A stretch of 64,000 nt of DNA from a virus: positions 64,001-128,000 of IMG/VR virus record IMGVR_UViG_3300025131_009739. One strand, 5' to 3'. Each line of letters starts with the position of its first letter. Position 1 is the first letter of the stretch. The notes under the pieces were generated by a model that had not been told where the DNA came from, did no database searches, and worked only from the letters and a program-made list of their open reading frames with translations. Positions 37,740-46,833 of this stretch are shown here, one piece after another. The position numbers and the translations under genes were made by a program.

Positions 37740-39115
37740 TAAACACTTGCCTTTGTTATTTCAATCTTGTTTAGTGATTTTTTTGCTTTTCCAGCTTTTA
37801 TTATCGCATTCATAACGAAGGAATAAGATTCTGCTGGCTTCCACCCTTTTGCACGAAGGACACAGTAAAGTTCCACATGGCTTCCATCGCTATGTGAACT
37901 TATGTGCCTGTGTGCGATAATTCCAAAGGCAGTGCTTGGATTAGCTGGAATCTTACTATAATTAAATGTGTTACCTTTAAGTGCAATAAATCCAATCTTT
38001 ATTTTATGCGCGGAAGCCAATTGATTTACAAGTTTCCAAGTAGCTTCCATTTGTTTTGAAGTGGGCAGAATTTGGTTATAACCATGATACCACTTCCCCA
38101 TGCCAAATACTGGAAAAACTCCTCCGTCAACTTCATTGATCTCAAGCTTTGTTCTCGCTGGATTTAAGACTTCGATAGCTATAGAAACATCGCTCCAGCT
38201 GCCGGCGTGATCATATCTCCAACCAACAGGATCTCCATGTTGTTGAACTCCTCCTTGACGGTCAACAGTAAAGTGTACGCCAAAATTTTGCTTTTCCAGC
38301 GCGGCATGCGTTAACTTTCTACCGCCATCAGGTATTTTTCCTTTGTCATAAGCCTCGAAACCCGCAGCGGACTCATGAATAAAAATCACAGTTGGCGGTT
38401 TGCGGCGGCGGAATCCGCTTTGTTCACCTATTCTTCCTTTATCTTTGTTTCTTCTTTTAAATATGTCGCCGGCTTCTACACCTGCGTCGAGAGTTGCTGC
38501 GGCATATAATGTTTTAGGAACTACGCCCGGGGGTGTGCCATTATTAAATAAGTCTTTTGTGCTTTCACCTTCACCCGGAGTGTCAGTGCTTTCACCCACT
38601 CCAGCCATTTGAGTTTCATTAACTGTGCCCAAATATATTCTTTCTGCCCTATTTTTTGGGTCTCTAAACTCTACCCAAACTGCTTGGCCGACGACCGGGC
38701 GTTTCATATTTAACCATTTCCCAATACACTTTGGATATCTTTCAACTAAATGTCTGTCTCTATCAGTTAAATCCCTGAAAGCTGCGTCATTTTCAGGAAG
38801 ATCTTGTGGCACACCAAAGGTATCTATTTCAGGAATTCGCACTCTCAGAACAATCAATTCGCCTTCAGCACCATCTTCAAACTGATCCCAATATCCCAAG
38901 GGAATAGTTTTGTCATCAACAGGCATCAAATATGGTTCAAAAACTCTTATAACTTCCGCTATGTAAGGGCCCGTTTCTTCTAAGATACTCGTCTTATTGT
39001 GACTAATAGAAAAATCTCTCATATATTTGAAAGGTGTCGTTTGTGGATCAGTAAGTCTAGAAAATAATGGAGGTTCAGGTCCATTTATTCCATATTGTAT
39101 GCGCTCTACTGCCAT
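37739..39115 (-). CDS. Tail-associated peptidoglycan hydrolase: gp5-like N-terminal domain plus N-acetylmuramoyl-L-alanine amidase (Amidase_2)
   Basis: 458 aa. IFIHES...GVHFTVDRQG.VQQH...DHAG...SIAIEVLNP...QMEAT.KLV..LA...IIAHRHISSHSDG matches the Amidase_2 Zn-ligand pattern. The N-terminus is near-identical to the adjacent gene's. Confidence 0.8.
   Translation of the reverse strand: MAVERIQYGINGPEPPLFSRLTDPQTTPFKYMRDFSISHNKTSILEETGPYIAEVIRVFEPYLMPVDDKTIPLGYWDQFEDGAEGELIVLRVRIPEIDTFGVPQDLPENDAAFRDLTDRDRHLVERYPKCIGKWLNMKRPVVGQAVWVEFRDPKNRAERIYLGTVNETQMAGVGESTDTPGEGESTKDLFNNGTPPGVVPKTLYAAATLDAGVEAGDIFKRRNKDKGRIGEQSGFRRRKPPTVIFIHESAAGFEAYDKGKIPDGGRKLTHAALEKQNFGVHFTVDRQGGVQQHGDPVGWRYDHAGSWSDVSIAIEVLNPARTKLEINEVDGGVFPVFGMGKWYHGYNQILPTSKQMEATWKLVNQLASAHKIKIGFIALKGNTFNYSKIPANPSTAFGIIAHRHISSHSDGSHVELYCVLRAKGWKPAESYSFVMNAIIKAGKAKKSLNKIEITKASV
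38600..39115. repeat. 516-bp direct repeat, copy 2 (5' part of the amidase gene)
   Basis: See copy 1. The offset is 1376 bp. Confidence 0.95.
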
Positions 39116-39399
39116 TAAGAACTTTCCTTTATTAATTCAAATATTTCATTTTTGTCTTCAGCTGTTAATTCATCTGAACTTGCTTGTCTCTTATTAAGAA
39201 TAGCGACAACCTTGACTAACTGTTCATTAGAGCGCTGTAAAGTTTCAACATATTTTGCCGCAATTTGACCTACTTTTTCATGCCTTGTTTCGTCGCCAGA
39301 AAGATACATCATTACATCTTTTAAAAGACTATTTGTAATGTCTCGATCCTTTCGAATATTTTCAATCGATTCTTGTAAATATTTATCAACTTCTTTCAC
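39115..39399 (-). CDS. Small helical hypothetical protein
   Basis: 94 aa, coiled-coil-like (YVETLQRSNEQLVKVVAIL). It overlaps both neighbours. Confidence 0.6.
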   Translation of the reverse strand: MKEVDKYLQESIENIRKDRDITNSLLKDVMMYLSGDETRHEKVGQIAAKYVETLQRSNEQLVKVVAILNKRQASSDELTAEDKNEIFELIKESS

Positions 39400-40480
39400 T
39401 TTGTTCTATTCCTGTCATTGTCAAAATTGTCACTAACCCTGGAACATTCTTTTTTATATACACGCCTGTAAACAAAGTTTCTGTTCTCCCACCTACATAA
39501 GACATTGCAGCATCCAAATGTTTACTAACTTCAGGATCTGAAGCAAGTTCTTCAGTTAATATTAATAACATTGTTCCTGTTTTTGGCTTCCCTTTTGGAG
39601 AAGAACACGGAGATCTTTTAATACAATTTTGAAAAATTTGTGCTCCAAGATTTGGGTCTTTAGGATCTCTGACAATTGTTGAACCAATAAAAATTCTTCC
39701 ATCTTGTTTCAAAGTTCTTTCAAGGTCTTTTGAATCAAAAGTTTGGATTGGAGATTTTTCAGAAGACAATTTCAAAACTTGATTAAATAATTTAGAAAAA
39801 GTTTTGTTCGCAACTGGAAACATGTTTAACATTCCAACTTTACCACGAAGTAGTTCCACTTGTCTTTCGTTGTCTAGAACAATATGAGGATAAGAATCGA
39901 CATCATTTAACAATGATAGTGCATTTTTTGCAATTGTGGGGTTCAATAATTCCTGTGCTGTCGGCCAAGAAACGATATAAACAACTTTTCCTCCAGCTTG
40001 GACGGAAGTTAAATATCTCTCAAAAACTTTGTGAAGAGATATACATGCACTTCCTGTACCTCCTCCGCCTCCAGCAAGAACAAATAACCAATCAACTTTT
40101 CCAAGCTTGGTTCTCAGAGCGTCTTCAACGACAGCTCCATTATTTTCAAAAACAGTTTTTCCATAAGAAACATCTTTTGCAACACCATCTGCGTCTGGTA
40201 TAAGAACCAAGTGTTTAGAATCGATTCCTGCCGGCTGGTCTTTTTCAGTTGTGTTTACCAAAATGGTTTTGTTATAACCTAGATCTAAAAAGGCTTTTGC
40301 CATTTTGCCTCCTCCGCCTCCAACTCCAACAAAAGCACAATTTAAGGAAGAAGTTGCAGTGTTCTCTGGCAACTGTTCTTCGTGTTTCATTTCAGCTGAC
40401 TCACTATAATGTTCTACAAAATCAAAGTCATCTGCAAAATCGTCTTCTAATGGGGGCTGATTAGTTTCCTCTTCAGACAT
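39386..40480 (-). CDS. Tubulin/FtsZ-superfamily GTPase (phage tubulin, PhuZ/TubZ/CetZ-like)
   Basis: 364 aa. It has the GVGGGGGKMA loop, NTT..D, DGVAKD.SYG, the tubulin signature AGGGGGTGS, DNE, N, and a T7-loop-like FDSKDLERTL. A strong SD (AAAGGAG) lies upstream. Confidence 0.88.
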   Translation of the reverse strand: MSEEETNQPPLEDDFADDFDFVEHYSESAEMKHEEQLPENTATSSLNCAFVGVGGGGGKMAKAFLDLGYNKTILVNTTEKDQPAGIDSKHLVLIPDADGVAKDVSYGKTVFENNGAVVEDALRTKLGKVDWLFVLAGGGGGTGSACISLHKVFERYLTSVQAGGKVVYIVSWPTAQELLNPTIAKNALSLLNDVDSYPHIVLDNERQVELLRGKVGMLNMFPVANKTFSKLFNQVLKLSSEKSPIQTFDSKDLERTLKQDGRIFIGSTIVRDPKDPNLGAQIFQNCIKRSPCSSPKGKPKTGTMLLILTEELASDPEVSKHLDAAMSYVGGRTETLFTGVYIKKNVPGLVTILTMTGIEQSERS

Positions 40481-40501
40481 AATTTATCTCCTTTATATGT
40501 A

Positions 40502-40508
40502 ATAAATA
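40502..40508 (-). promoter_or_regulatory. Candidate late-promoter motif TAnTTAT (TATTTAT)
   Basis: 21 nt upstream of the tubulin ATG at 40480. Confidence 0.45.
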
Positions 40509-40516
40509 GAATTATT

Positions 40517-41200
40517 TTATATTTTTCCTTTATTCCAATCTAACTTAAATCTATGATAACGAACCCTCATTTTATTTAAGTTGTTAACAACTTGTTTTGT
40601 ATTTAAACCAGTTAACTCTCTCAAATAGAGATAAATTGCCTTTTTATTAAAAATTTCAATTTCGTTAGAGTTCTCCAAAAGTATTTTTATTGCTTCTAAT
40701 ACTTTTCTTTCATTTACTCTAAGATTTTCTTGATTCCAAAAATCGATTTGTTGTAAAAGATGAAACCAAAATTCTTTTTCTTCTCTGTCGCGGATATATT
40801 TTTCGTCAGTAGTAACATAAGCATGTTCTAGACTCTTTGATAGATCATCAAATTGAATCTCTCTTTTGTTTTTTTGTTGGTTCTTTTTAACTTTATGAAT
40901 AAACCAATTTTTTGTTATAACACTAAAATATGAAAAAGCTTTTGAACCTTTAGTGGAATCGTATTTATCCAATATTGTTGTTAGCCATATTTTACATTCT
41001 TCGCGAAGTATGTCTATATTTGGGAGAGTAGAAAATTTATACGTATAAACAATTTTATCTACCATTTCATTAAAGGCCGGCTGTATATACACTATATATA
41101 ATTCTGTTCTTTCGTTTAAACTGTTAGACAGAGCATAGCGAATTATTGCATCCTCATGCACTTTTGTAAAATAATACTTTTTTGTTTTATTCTTCTTCAT
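40517..41200 (-). CDS. Phage RNA polymerase sigma factor (late/gp55-like)
   Basis: The likely start is MKKNKTKKYYF at 41200 (GGAGG upstream). LDKYDSTKGSKAFSYFSVITKNWFI matches sigma region 2 (KFDPxKGxxFxY). A C-terminal HTH-like segment reads ELTGLNTKQVVNNLNKMR. Confidence 0.7.
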   Translation of the reverse strand: MKKNKTKKYYFTKVHEDAIIRYALSNSLNERTELYIVYIQPAFNEMVDKIVYTYKFSTLPNIDILREECKIWLTTILDKYDSTKGSKAFSYFSVITKNWFIHKVKKNQQKNKREIQFDDLSKSLEHAYVTTDEKYIRDREEKEFWFHLLQQIDFWNQENLRVNERKVLEAIKILLENSNEIEIFNKKAIYLYLRELTGLNTKQVVNNLNKMRVRYHRFKLDWNKGKI

Positions 41201-41492
41201 CTTCTTCCTCCAATAAATCATCTGGCTCATCAGTTAAAGTGTATATTTCGCTATAATCTTTAATTTCATCTACGATTTGTCGAGAGTGTTGAACTAAGTG
41301 TTCTAAAACTGGTTCGCCATAAAACGTTTCTAGTTCGTAAATTGCATTAAGGTGGTTTGAAAAATTATCAAGAATATTTAATAAATCATCGCTATTTTCA
41401 GAAATAAAAAGTAATTTTGTTAATATACCTTTAATATACCATAACAATAATAAATTAATTATTACAGACAATGTTAGAAAAAAATAAATCAT
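41187..41492 (-). CDS. Small membrane-anchored hypothetical protein
   Basis: 101 aa, with an N-terminal hydrophobic helix (YFFLTLSVIINLLLLWYI) and an acidic tail. Confidence 0.6.
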   Translation of the reverse strand: MIYFFLTLSVIINLLLLWYIKGILTKLLFISENSDDLLNILDNFSNHLNAIYELETFYGEPVLEHLVQHSRQIVDEIKDYSEIYTLTDEPDDLLEEEDEEE

Positions 41493-41746
41493 GGCTTATA
41501 CTCTTTTAGCCTCAACTTTTCTTTTTCTTTTTTAACTTCCTCTTTCGTTTCTTCGATGTGAGTTTTTACAACTTCGCCAACTTTTTTTTCCTTTTTCAGC
41601 TTCTTCAAGTTTACAGGAAATAGGGGCAGTTTTTTTAAACAATCTTTTTCCCCACATTTTTCACACACATCTATAGCCTCTCTCATTAAATGGTGAACCA
41701 TAAATATCTCTTCACAAGATTCACATTTATAAAGATATTTAGGCAT
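41489..41746 (-). CDS. FmdB-type zinc-ribbon protein
   Basis: 85 aa, MPKYLYKCESC...CEKCG...LKKL. Confidence 0.75.
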   Translation of the reverse strand: MPKYLYKCESCEEIFMVHHLMREAIDVCEKCGEKDCLKKLPLFPVNLKKLKKEKKVGEVVKTHIEETKEEVKKEKEKLRLKEYKP

Positions 41747-41748
41747 TA

Positions 41749-41958
41749 TTAAAAGTCTTCTTCTCTGGGCATAATTTTTTCATTTTCTTCTTCCTTCTCA
41801 GGAAAACGAAGTACTGGTGGGTTTTCTATAACTAGAACTCCGTCGACGTCTATAGATAAGTCGAATTCCCTCAACATTTCGACTATATCGCTTTGCTCCA
41901 TAAGTGACTTTTGCAAAGCCATCATTAAAGCTCCCATTGCTTGGTTTGATAATTTCAT
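41749..41958 (-). CDS. Hypothetical protein
   Basis: 69 aa. It exactly fills the gap between its neighbours and has GAGG upstream. Confidence 0.6.
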   Translation of the reverse strand: MKLSNQAMGALMMALQKSLMEQSDIVEMLREFDLSIDVDGVLVIENPPVLRFPEKEEENEKIMPREEDF

Positions 41959-41959
41959 A

Positions 41960-42892
41960 TTATTTCTCCTTTTTTCCTCTAATATTTGGATATTTATCCA
42001 TAAACCAATTACAAGTCCTTTTTAAAGACTCTTCAAATTCTGTATAATTTTCTTTTTTCCATCCCAAAGACAACAACTTTGAGTTATCAGACGGTTTTCT
42101 ATATTGTCCCATAGGCTTTGTTGTATCCCAAATTATCTCATTATTATAGCCAACCATCTCTGCTATTGTCTCTGCCACATATTTAATAGAATATTCACCT
42201 GTGTTTCCAATATTAATCGTTGAAGCATTATTGTAATTCTCAAGCAAAAACAAAATTATCTTTGCAGCATCTCCAACATAAGTAAACTCTCTTAACGGTT
42301 CTCCATTACCCCATAAAACAACATTTTCATTATTTTGTTTTGCTTCATATATTTTTCTAATAATTGCCGGAATAACATGAGAATTTTCTAGATCGAAGTT
42401 GTCGTGTTCTCCAAACATATTGTTGGGAGTAATTGTAATAAAATTACAGTCATACTGTTGTCGGTACGTTTTTGTCTGTATATCTAGCATTCTTTTGGCA
42501 TATGCATATCCATAATTTGAGAAATGCGGAGGGCCAGAATGAATTTGATCTTCAGTCAAAGGATAAGTCGCCTCGGCTGGATATATGCACGTACTCAAAA
42601 GTGATAATACTTTTTTAACATTAAACTTTCTAGCCATCTCCAGAACATTAGTATTTATCATTATGTTGTCGTGATAAAAAGAACCTAAATTATTCATGTT
42701 AACTTTTACCCCGCCGACACGGGCGGCTGCATGAATAACATATTCTGGTTGACATTCTTTAAACAAAGATTCACACTCAGCTTGAGATTTTAAATCGCAA
42801 TCTTTGGAAGAAGTATACGTAGCTTCTGGCAAAATCTTTTTAATTGCTTTGCCAACCATTCCACTCCCACCTGTAACAAGAACATTATTCAT
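41960..42892 (-). CDS. fcl: GDP-L-fucose synthase
   Basis: The likely start is MNNVLVTGGSGMVG at 42892. Motifs: AARVGG, STCIYP, YAYAKR, SHVIPA, WGNGEPLREF. Confidence 0.85.
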   Translation of the reverse strand: MNNVLVTGGSGMVGKAIKKILPEATYTSSKDCDLKSQAECESLFKECQPEYVIHAAARVGGVKVNMNNLGSFYHDNIMINTNVLEMARKFNVKKVLSLLSTCIYPAEATYPLTEDQIHSGPPHFSNYGYAYAKRMLDIQTKTYRQQYDCNFITITPNNMFGEHDNFDLENSHVIPAIIRKIYEAKQNNENVVLWGNGEPLREFTYVGDAAKIILFLLENYNNASTINIGNTGEYSIKYVAETIAEMVGYNNEIIWDTTKPMGQYRKPSDNSKLLSLGWKKENYTEFEESLKRTCNWFMDKYPNIRGKKEK

Positions 42893-44018
42893 GTGGCGGC
42901 CTCGTGTCATAGTAGTTTCTTATAATTTTGCAAACATAATTAATTTGTTTTACTTTTAGATCCGGGAACGACGGTAAACACAAACAAGTTTCATAAGCAT
43001 TTATACTTTCTTTAAAAAACTTATCATCATTTTTGTTAAAAAATAACCATTTTTTGCCATTATTTTTATAACAAGGCTGTTTATGAAGGGGATAAAAAAC
43101 ATTTCTAATTTCAACACCACTTTCTTTAAGATGTTTCATCAGGTCTTCAACATTGTGTTTGCACTTTATTACAACTCTAAATGGAATATGATTTGATCTA
43201 ACATCTGATTCTATTATTTCTACCGATTCCAAATCAGAAAATCTCTTTTTATAGTGATCTAATATATTTATTTTTTTCTTTATAATTGTTTTTAATTTTC
43301 TCAATTGGTTTAAGCCTAAGCTAGATTGTATGTCTGTTAATCTAAAATTATATCCAATTTGCGGATGAACAAACGAACCTCTCTTTAATCTGCCTTGGTT
43401 TCTTAAGTATAGCATATTTTCATATATTTTATCATCATTTGTTACTACAAATCCGCCTTCGCCCGTTGTAATAGTTTTGTCTGCGAAAAATGAAAAACAT
43501 CCAACATCACCAAAGCTGCCAACATGCTTATCATTCCAGGTTATGCCAATCCCTTGAGCAGCATCCTCTACAACTTTTAAATTGTTTTTATTTGCAAATT
43601 TCATAACCTCGCCCATATTAGCAGACATCCCAAAAACATGCACAGGCATGATAGCTTTCGTTTTTCTATTTAAAACTCTATTGCAGTCCTTAACATTAAT
43701 TTGTAAATCTTTATTTATATCAACAAAAACAGGCTTAGCTCCGCACATTTCAACTGCATTTGCAGATGCTATGAAAGTAAAGTTAGGAACAATAACCTCG
43801 TCTCCTCTTCCAACTCCAACAGCTCTTAATCCTAAATAAAGAGCGATTGTTCCATTGCTAGCAAAAACACCGTGTTTGGCGCCTATTAAATTGCACAATT
43901 TTTCTGAAAATTCTTTTGATTTTGGACCTTCTGTAATCCATTTAGTGTCGAAGGATTCTTTTAAAGCTAAAAAGTCAGACTCATCAAGATATGGTTGGAA
44001 TTGATCAATTTTCATCAT
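42885..44018 (-). CDS. DegT/DnrJ/EryC1/StrS PLP aminotransferase (GDP-perosamine synthase-like)
   Basis: 377 aa. Motifs: NGTIAL, DEVIVPNFTFIASANA, EDAAQ, FSFFADKTITTGEGG (PLP Lys), GYNFR. Confidence 0.88.
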   Translation of the reverse strand: MMKIDQFQPYLDESDFLALKESFDTKWITEGPKSKEFSEKLCNLIGAKHGVFASNGTIALYLGLRAVGVGRGDEVIVPNFTFIASANAVEMCGAKPVFVDINKDLQINVKDCNRVLNRKTKAIMPVHVFGMSANMGEVMKFANKNNLKVVEDAAQGIGITWNDKHVGSFGDVGCFSFFADKTITTGEGGFVVTNDDKIYENMLYLRNQGRLKRGSFVHPQIGYNFRLTDIQSSLGLNQLRKLKTIIKKKINILDHYKKRFSDLESVEIIESDVRSNHIPFRVVIKCKHNVEDLMKHLKESGVEIRNVFYPLHKQPCYKNNGKKWLFFNKNDDKFFKESINAYETCLCLPSFPDLKVKQINYVCKIIRNYYDTRPPHE

Positions 44019-44424
44019 TTATATATTCCTTATCCACATCAACGCCATAATAAGGACCATTCTTAAATTCATATATTATAGTATCATTATCCACTACCTC
44101 AAATCCGTGGCCTCCATTAAACACTACAGCGCAGTCTCCTGACGAAAGCTCAGTTTCTAAGATTTTAGAATCGTCAATATCATAGAACACAGCTTTAATT
44201 CTTCCCTGCACCACAACCCAAGCTTCTTGAGTTTTCGTGGTGGCGCGGTCACATATGTTGTGGTGGTGAGCTGGAAACTTAGAATCACTATGGACTCTTT
44301 TTGCCGCAACTTGTAAACATTCTTTCTCGTCAGAAAGATTATGACGATGACTTGTTACTTCATCTTTTCTTATTAATGTAACAATTTGCACATTAGAATC
44401 AATATTTGAAAATATTTTTTTCAA
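44005..44424 (-). CDS. Cupin-fold protein (WbuC-like, sugar-cluster associated)
   Basis: The likely start is TTG at 44424, immediately after the upstream TAG. PAHHH...TQEAWVVVQG...GD......GGHGFE...EFKNGPY is the cupin metal motif. Confidence 0.7.
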   Translation of the reverse strand: MKKIFSNIDSNVQIVTLIRKDEVTSHRHNLSDEKECLQVAAKRVHSDSKFPAHHHNICDRATTKTQEAWVVVQGRIKAVFYDIDDSKILETELSSGDCAVVFNGGHGFEVVDNDTIIYEFKNGPYYGVDVDKEYINDEN

Positions 44425-44425
44425 T

Positions 44426-45157
44426 CTATTCTCTCGTATCCTTTTTGCAATAAAATAATAATTTATAATCTGCAGGCTCTGCAGCCTTAAGCTGTTGTCG
44501 ACCAAAACCAGAATATATTTTATCCACTCTATACCCACCCAATTTCAAACAATCGCAAAGAGTTTTAGGCGTCCATATTGTCATTTTTAACGAATCTTGC
44601 CACATTAATTTTTCATCTTGAAAATCGTGATAATGATATTTGATTTCAATAGTTTGATTGAACACGTCAAATTCTGGCGAAAGAACCAATCTACAATCCT
44701 GAATGTTTCTTACTTCTTTTTTTGGCAAATCTCTCATTGCAGCAACGCCGTTCCACGCGTCAAAAATTAAAGGAGCAGAAAATGTGGTCGCTGAATATAT
44801 TGATTTAAAAAACGAGATTAACTGTTCAATATTGTGAATATGGTTAGGCACATTAAATAATGAAGTAGCCGCATTATAATAATTTAAATTCAAAGTTGAA
44901 GCGGCGCCATGCAAAAAAACAGAGTTCTCTATATCTTTTTCTTTTGCGCGAGCTATCATATTTTGATTTATGTCTATTCCTGTATATTTAATGTGCCTTG
45001 AAATAAAAGGAGCGTGACCTCCAGTGCCACACCCAATATCTACAACTTTGTCATTTTCACAAGATAAATCAAGTAGTTCCAAAATTTGAGATGATTCTAA
45101 TTTATAATTTTTTGCAGAAAAAATTTTATCATAAACCTCTGAAACCGAACTATACAT
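44426..45157 (-). CDS. Class I SAM-dependent methyltransferase
   Basis: 243 aa. Motifs: YD.IF..KNY..E, VVDIGCGTGGH, GIDINQNMI. Confidence 0.85.
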   Translation of the reverse strand: MYSSVSEVYDKIFSAKNYKLESSQILELLDLSCENDKVVDIGCGTGGHAPFISRHIKYTGIDINQNMIARAKEKDIENSVFLHGAASTLNLNYYNAATSLFNVPNHIHNIEQLISFFKSIYSATTFSAPLIFDAWNGVAAMRDLPKKEVRNIQDCRLVLSPEFDVFNQTIEIKYHYHDFQDEKLMWQDSLKMTIWTPKTLCDCLKLGGYRVDKIYSGFGRQQLKAAEPADYKLLFYCKKDTRE

Positions 45158-45437
45158 GGACCTTCTCGTAGTGTGATAAATATTTATTGAAAAGTTCTGA
45201 ATTTTCTTTAATTCTTTTGTCCATTTCTAATAAAAACTCTTTACTCACTATTGACGAATAGAAAGATAAATTCGCAGTTTTTTTTGTAATAAATTCAAAA
45301 CAATAACGGAACCAATTACTTCCTGAACGTGGATAAGCTAACAGGTATACTGCATCGGATTTAGGGTGAATAAGAATGCGGCCATTGATATCGCGGTGAT
45401 GGCCATCTTGCTGGCCATTGTTAAAGACCACGGTCAT
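45150..45437 (-). pseudogene. Sulfotransferase remnant (apparently internally deleted)
   Basis: 95 aa. It retains a PAPS-binding loop, YLLAYPRSGSNWFRY, but is far shorter than a sulfotransferase domain and lacks a 3'-phosphate-binding (R.P.D...S) motif. Confidence 0.5.
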
Positions 45438-45778
45438 GCTATAAACCCATTAAAATAGTTATTAGAATTTATATTCTTGTCATCAATAAAAAGATTGTAA
45501 TATGGCTTGTCTAATTTAAGATCATGATACTTGACTCCCCATTCTTTTAATTGTTTTTCTGTTAATTCTCGCCAATCTATTCCTGTCAAACTTCCACGAG
45601 CAGTCCAATACACTATTGTATGTCCTTCGTCATATAAAGTATTTATTTTTTCAATTCTTTCCATTGCGGGAACAGCCTTATTATAATCCCTGAACGAAGA
45701 AGAATCGCTTCCAGGTATGTTACATATTGTTTCGTCTATATCAACATATATAACCATTGTACCAGATTCATTGCTCAA
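45434..45778 (-). CDS. Small HAD-superfamily phosphatase (capsule-biosynthesis type)
   Basis: 114 aa. Motifs: YVDIDETIC, WTARG, KP, FIDDK. Confidence 0.8.
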   Translation of the reverse strand: MSNESGTMVIYVDIDETICNIPGSDSSSFRDYNKAVPAMERIEKINTLYDEGHTIVYWTARGSLTGIDWRELTEKQLKEWGVKYHDLKLDKPYYNLFIDDKNINSNNYFNGFIA

Positions 45779-45780
45779 TT

Positions 45781-46149
45781 TTAATCTCCTTTTCGAAGCC
45801 GGTGGCTATCACTATCAAAATGCTCTGTAGAAAATTCAAACAATTCAGAGTCTTCTAGCGCAATCATTTGATGTCTCAAGCCTGTGTATATATAAAAGTT
45901 TTCGCCGGCATTGAGGATTAACTCTTTTGCTTTTTCAACATCATCTTGATCTGAATATTTTACAAGAAGTTTTCCAGATTGCAAATAAAAAACCTCATCT
46001 TTTAATTCATGAAAATGCCATGAGCATCTTTTTCCTTTGTTAAAAAATAAAAGTTTACCGCAATACTCAGACTTGTTCACAATCCACTTTTCATATCCCC
46101 AGCCCTTTTTAACAAACTTCATTTCTGGAGTTTTATTTAACTCTGACAT
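45781..46149 (-). CDS. Cupin (mannose-6-phosphate isomerase / lyxose isomerase-like)
   Basis: The likely start is 46149. Motif: VKKGWGYEKWI...SWHFHELKDEVFYLQSG...RHQM...EFST.H. Confidence 0.75.
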   Translation of the reverse strand: MSELNKTPEMKFVKKGWGYEKWIVNKSEYCGKLLFFNKGKRCSWHFHELKDEVFYLQSGKLLVKYSDQDDVEKAKELILNAGENFYIYTGLRHQMIALEDSELFEFSTEHFDSDSHRLRKGD

Positions 46150-46832
46150 TTCTTTCTCCCACAAGCTAGCAACATTATTTCTTTTGAAAATCGAATTAAT
46201 TTTCTATCTTTTGTGTTTCTCTCATAGCGAGTTTTCCATTTCAAAAAATCAGGAACTAGCATTGCTATAATCTTAGGAACAAATTTCAAAAATGGATATT
46301 TCCACACAAAAGGTAATTGATAAAAATACTCGCATTCGACGTCTTCAAATCCATTAATTAATAAAGCGTCTTGAAGTCCTTTTCTAGTAAATGGTTTAAC
46401 ATGAGTATAATCATTATAAAATGTATACATTTGACTCTTCCAGTCAGGAGTCATACAAATAAAAGATCCAGAAGGCCTTAAAACTCTCCTAACCTCACTT
46501 AAAAAGTTATCTGTATTATACACATGTTCTATAACTGACTTAGTGAAAATCGCGTCAAAAAAATCATTACCAAAAGGTATCTGTTCTTGTTCTATGTTGC
46601 ACTTCTTAAAAATTATTTCTGAGTTATTCTCGTCACGAAGATCGATTCCATAACACTCCATCCCGTTTCTAGCAAAAGCTTTTAAAATTGTTCCTTTGCC
46701 GCAGCCGATATCCAAAATCCTTGGAGACTTATCTTTGGTTTCAAAAAAGCGATCATATATATAATTACATAATTTTTGTGGATATATATTCTTCTCGCCA
46801 CTAGGGTACATTATTTCAGTGTATTTTGTCAT
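46137..46832 (-). CDS. Class I SAM-dependent methyltransferase
   Basis: 231 aa. Motifs: ILDIGCGKG, FFDAIFTKSVIEHV, RVLRPSG, DYTHVKPF. Confidence 0.85.
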   Translation of the reverse strand: MTKYTEIMYPSGEKNIYPQKLCNYIYDRFFETKDKSPRILDIGCGKGTILKAFARNGMECYGIDLRDENNSEIIFKKCNIEQEQIPFGNDFFDAIFTKSVIEHVYNTDNFLSEVRRVLRPSGSFICMTPDWKSQMYTFYNDYTHVKPFTRKGLQDALLINGFEDVECEYFYQLPFVWKYPFLKFVPKIIAMLVPDFLKWKTRYERNTKDRKLIRFSKEIMLLACGRKKCQS

Positions 46833-46833
46833 C

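Noticed and set aside
37224-39115. The 516-bp repeat pair as a diversity-generating retroelement TR/VR
   Set aside because: Both copies are coding N-termini, the mismatches do not look adenine-restricted, and no reverse transcriptase is present in the window.
23762-39115. Bacterial contractile injection system or T6SS rather than a phage
   Set aside because: The adjacent RuvC-like resolvase, phage-type sigma factor, tubulin, T4-like gp6 and uniform single-strand packing without housekeeping genes favour a large phage. Capsid and terminase genes are not in the window, so this is not formally proven.
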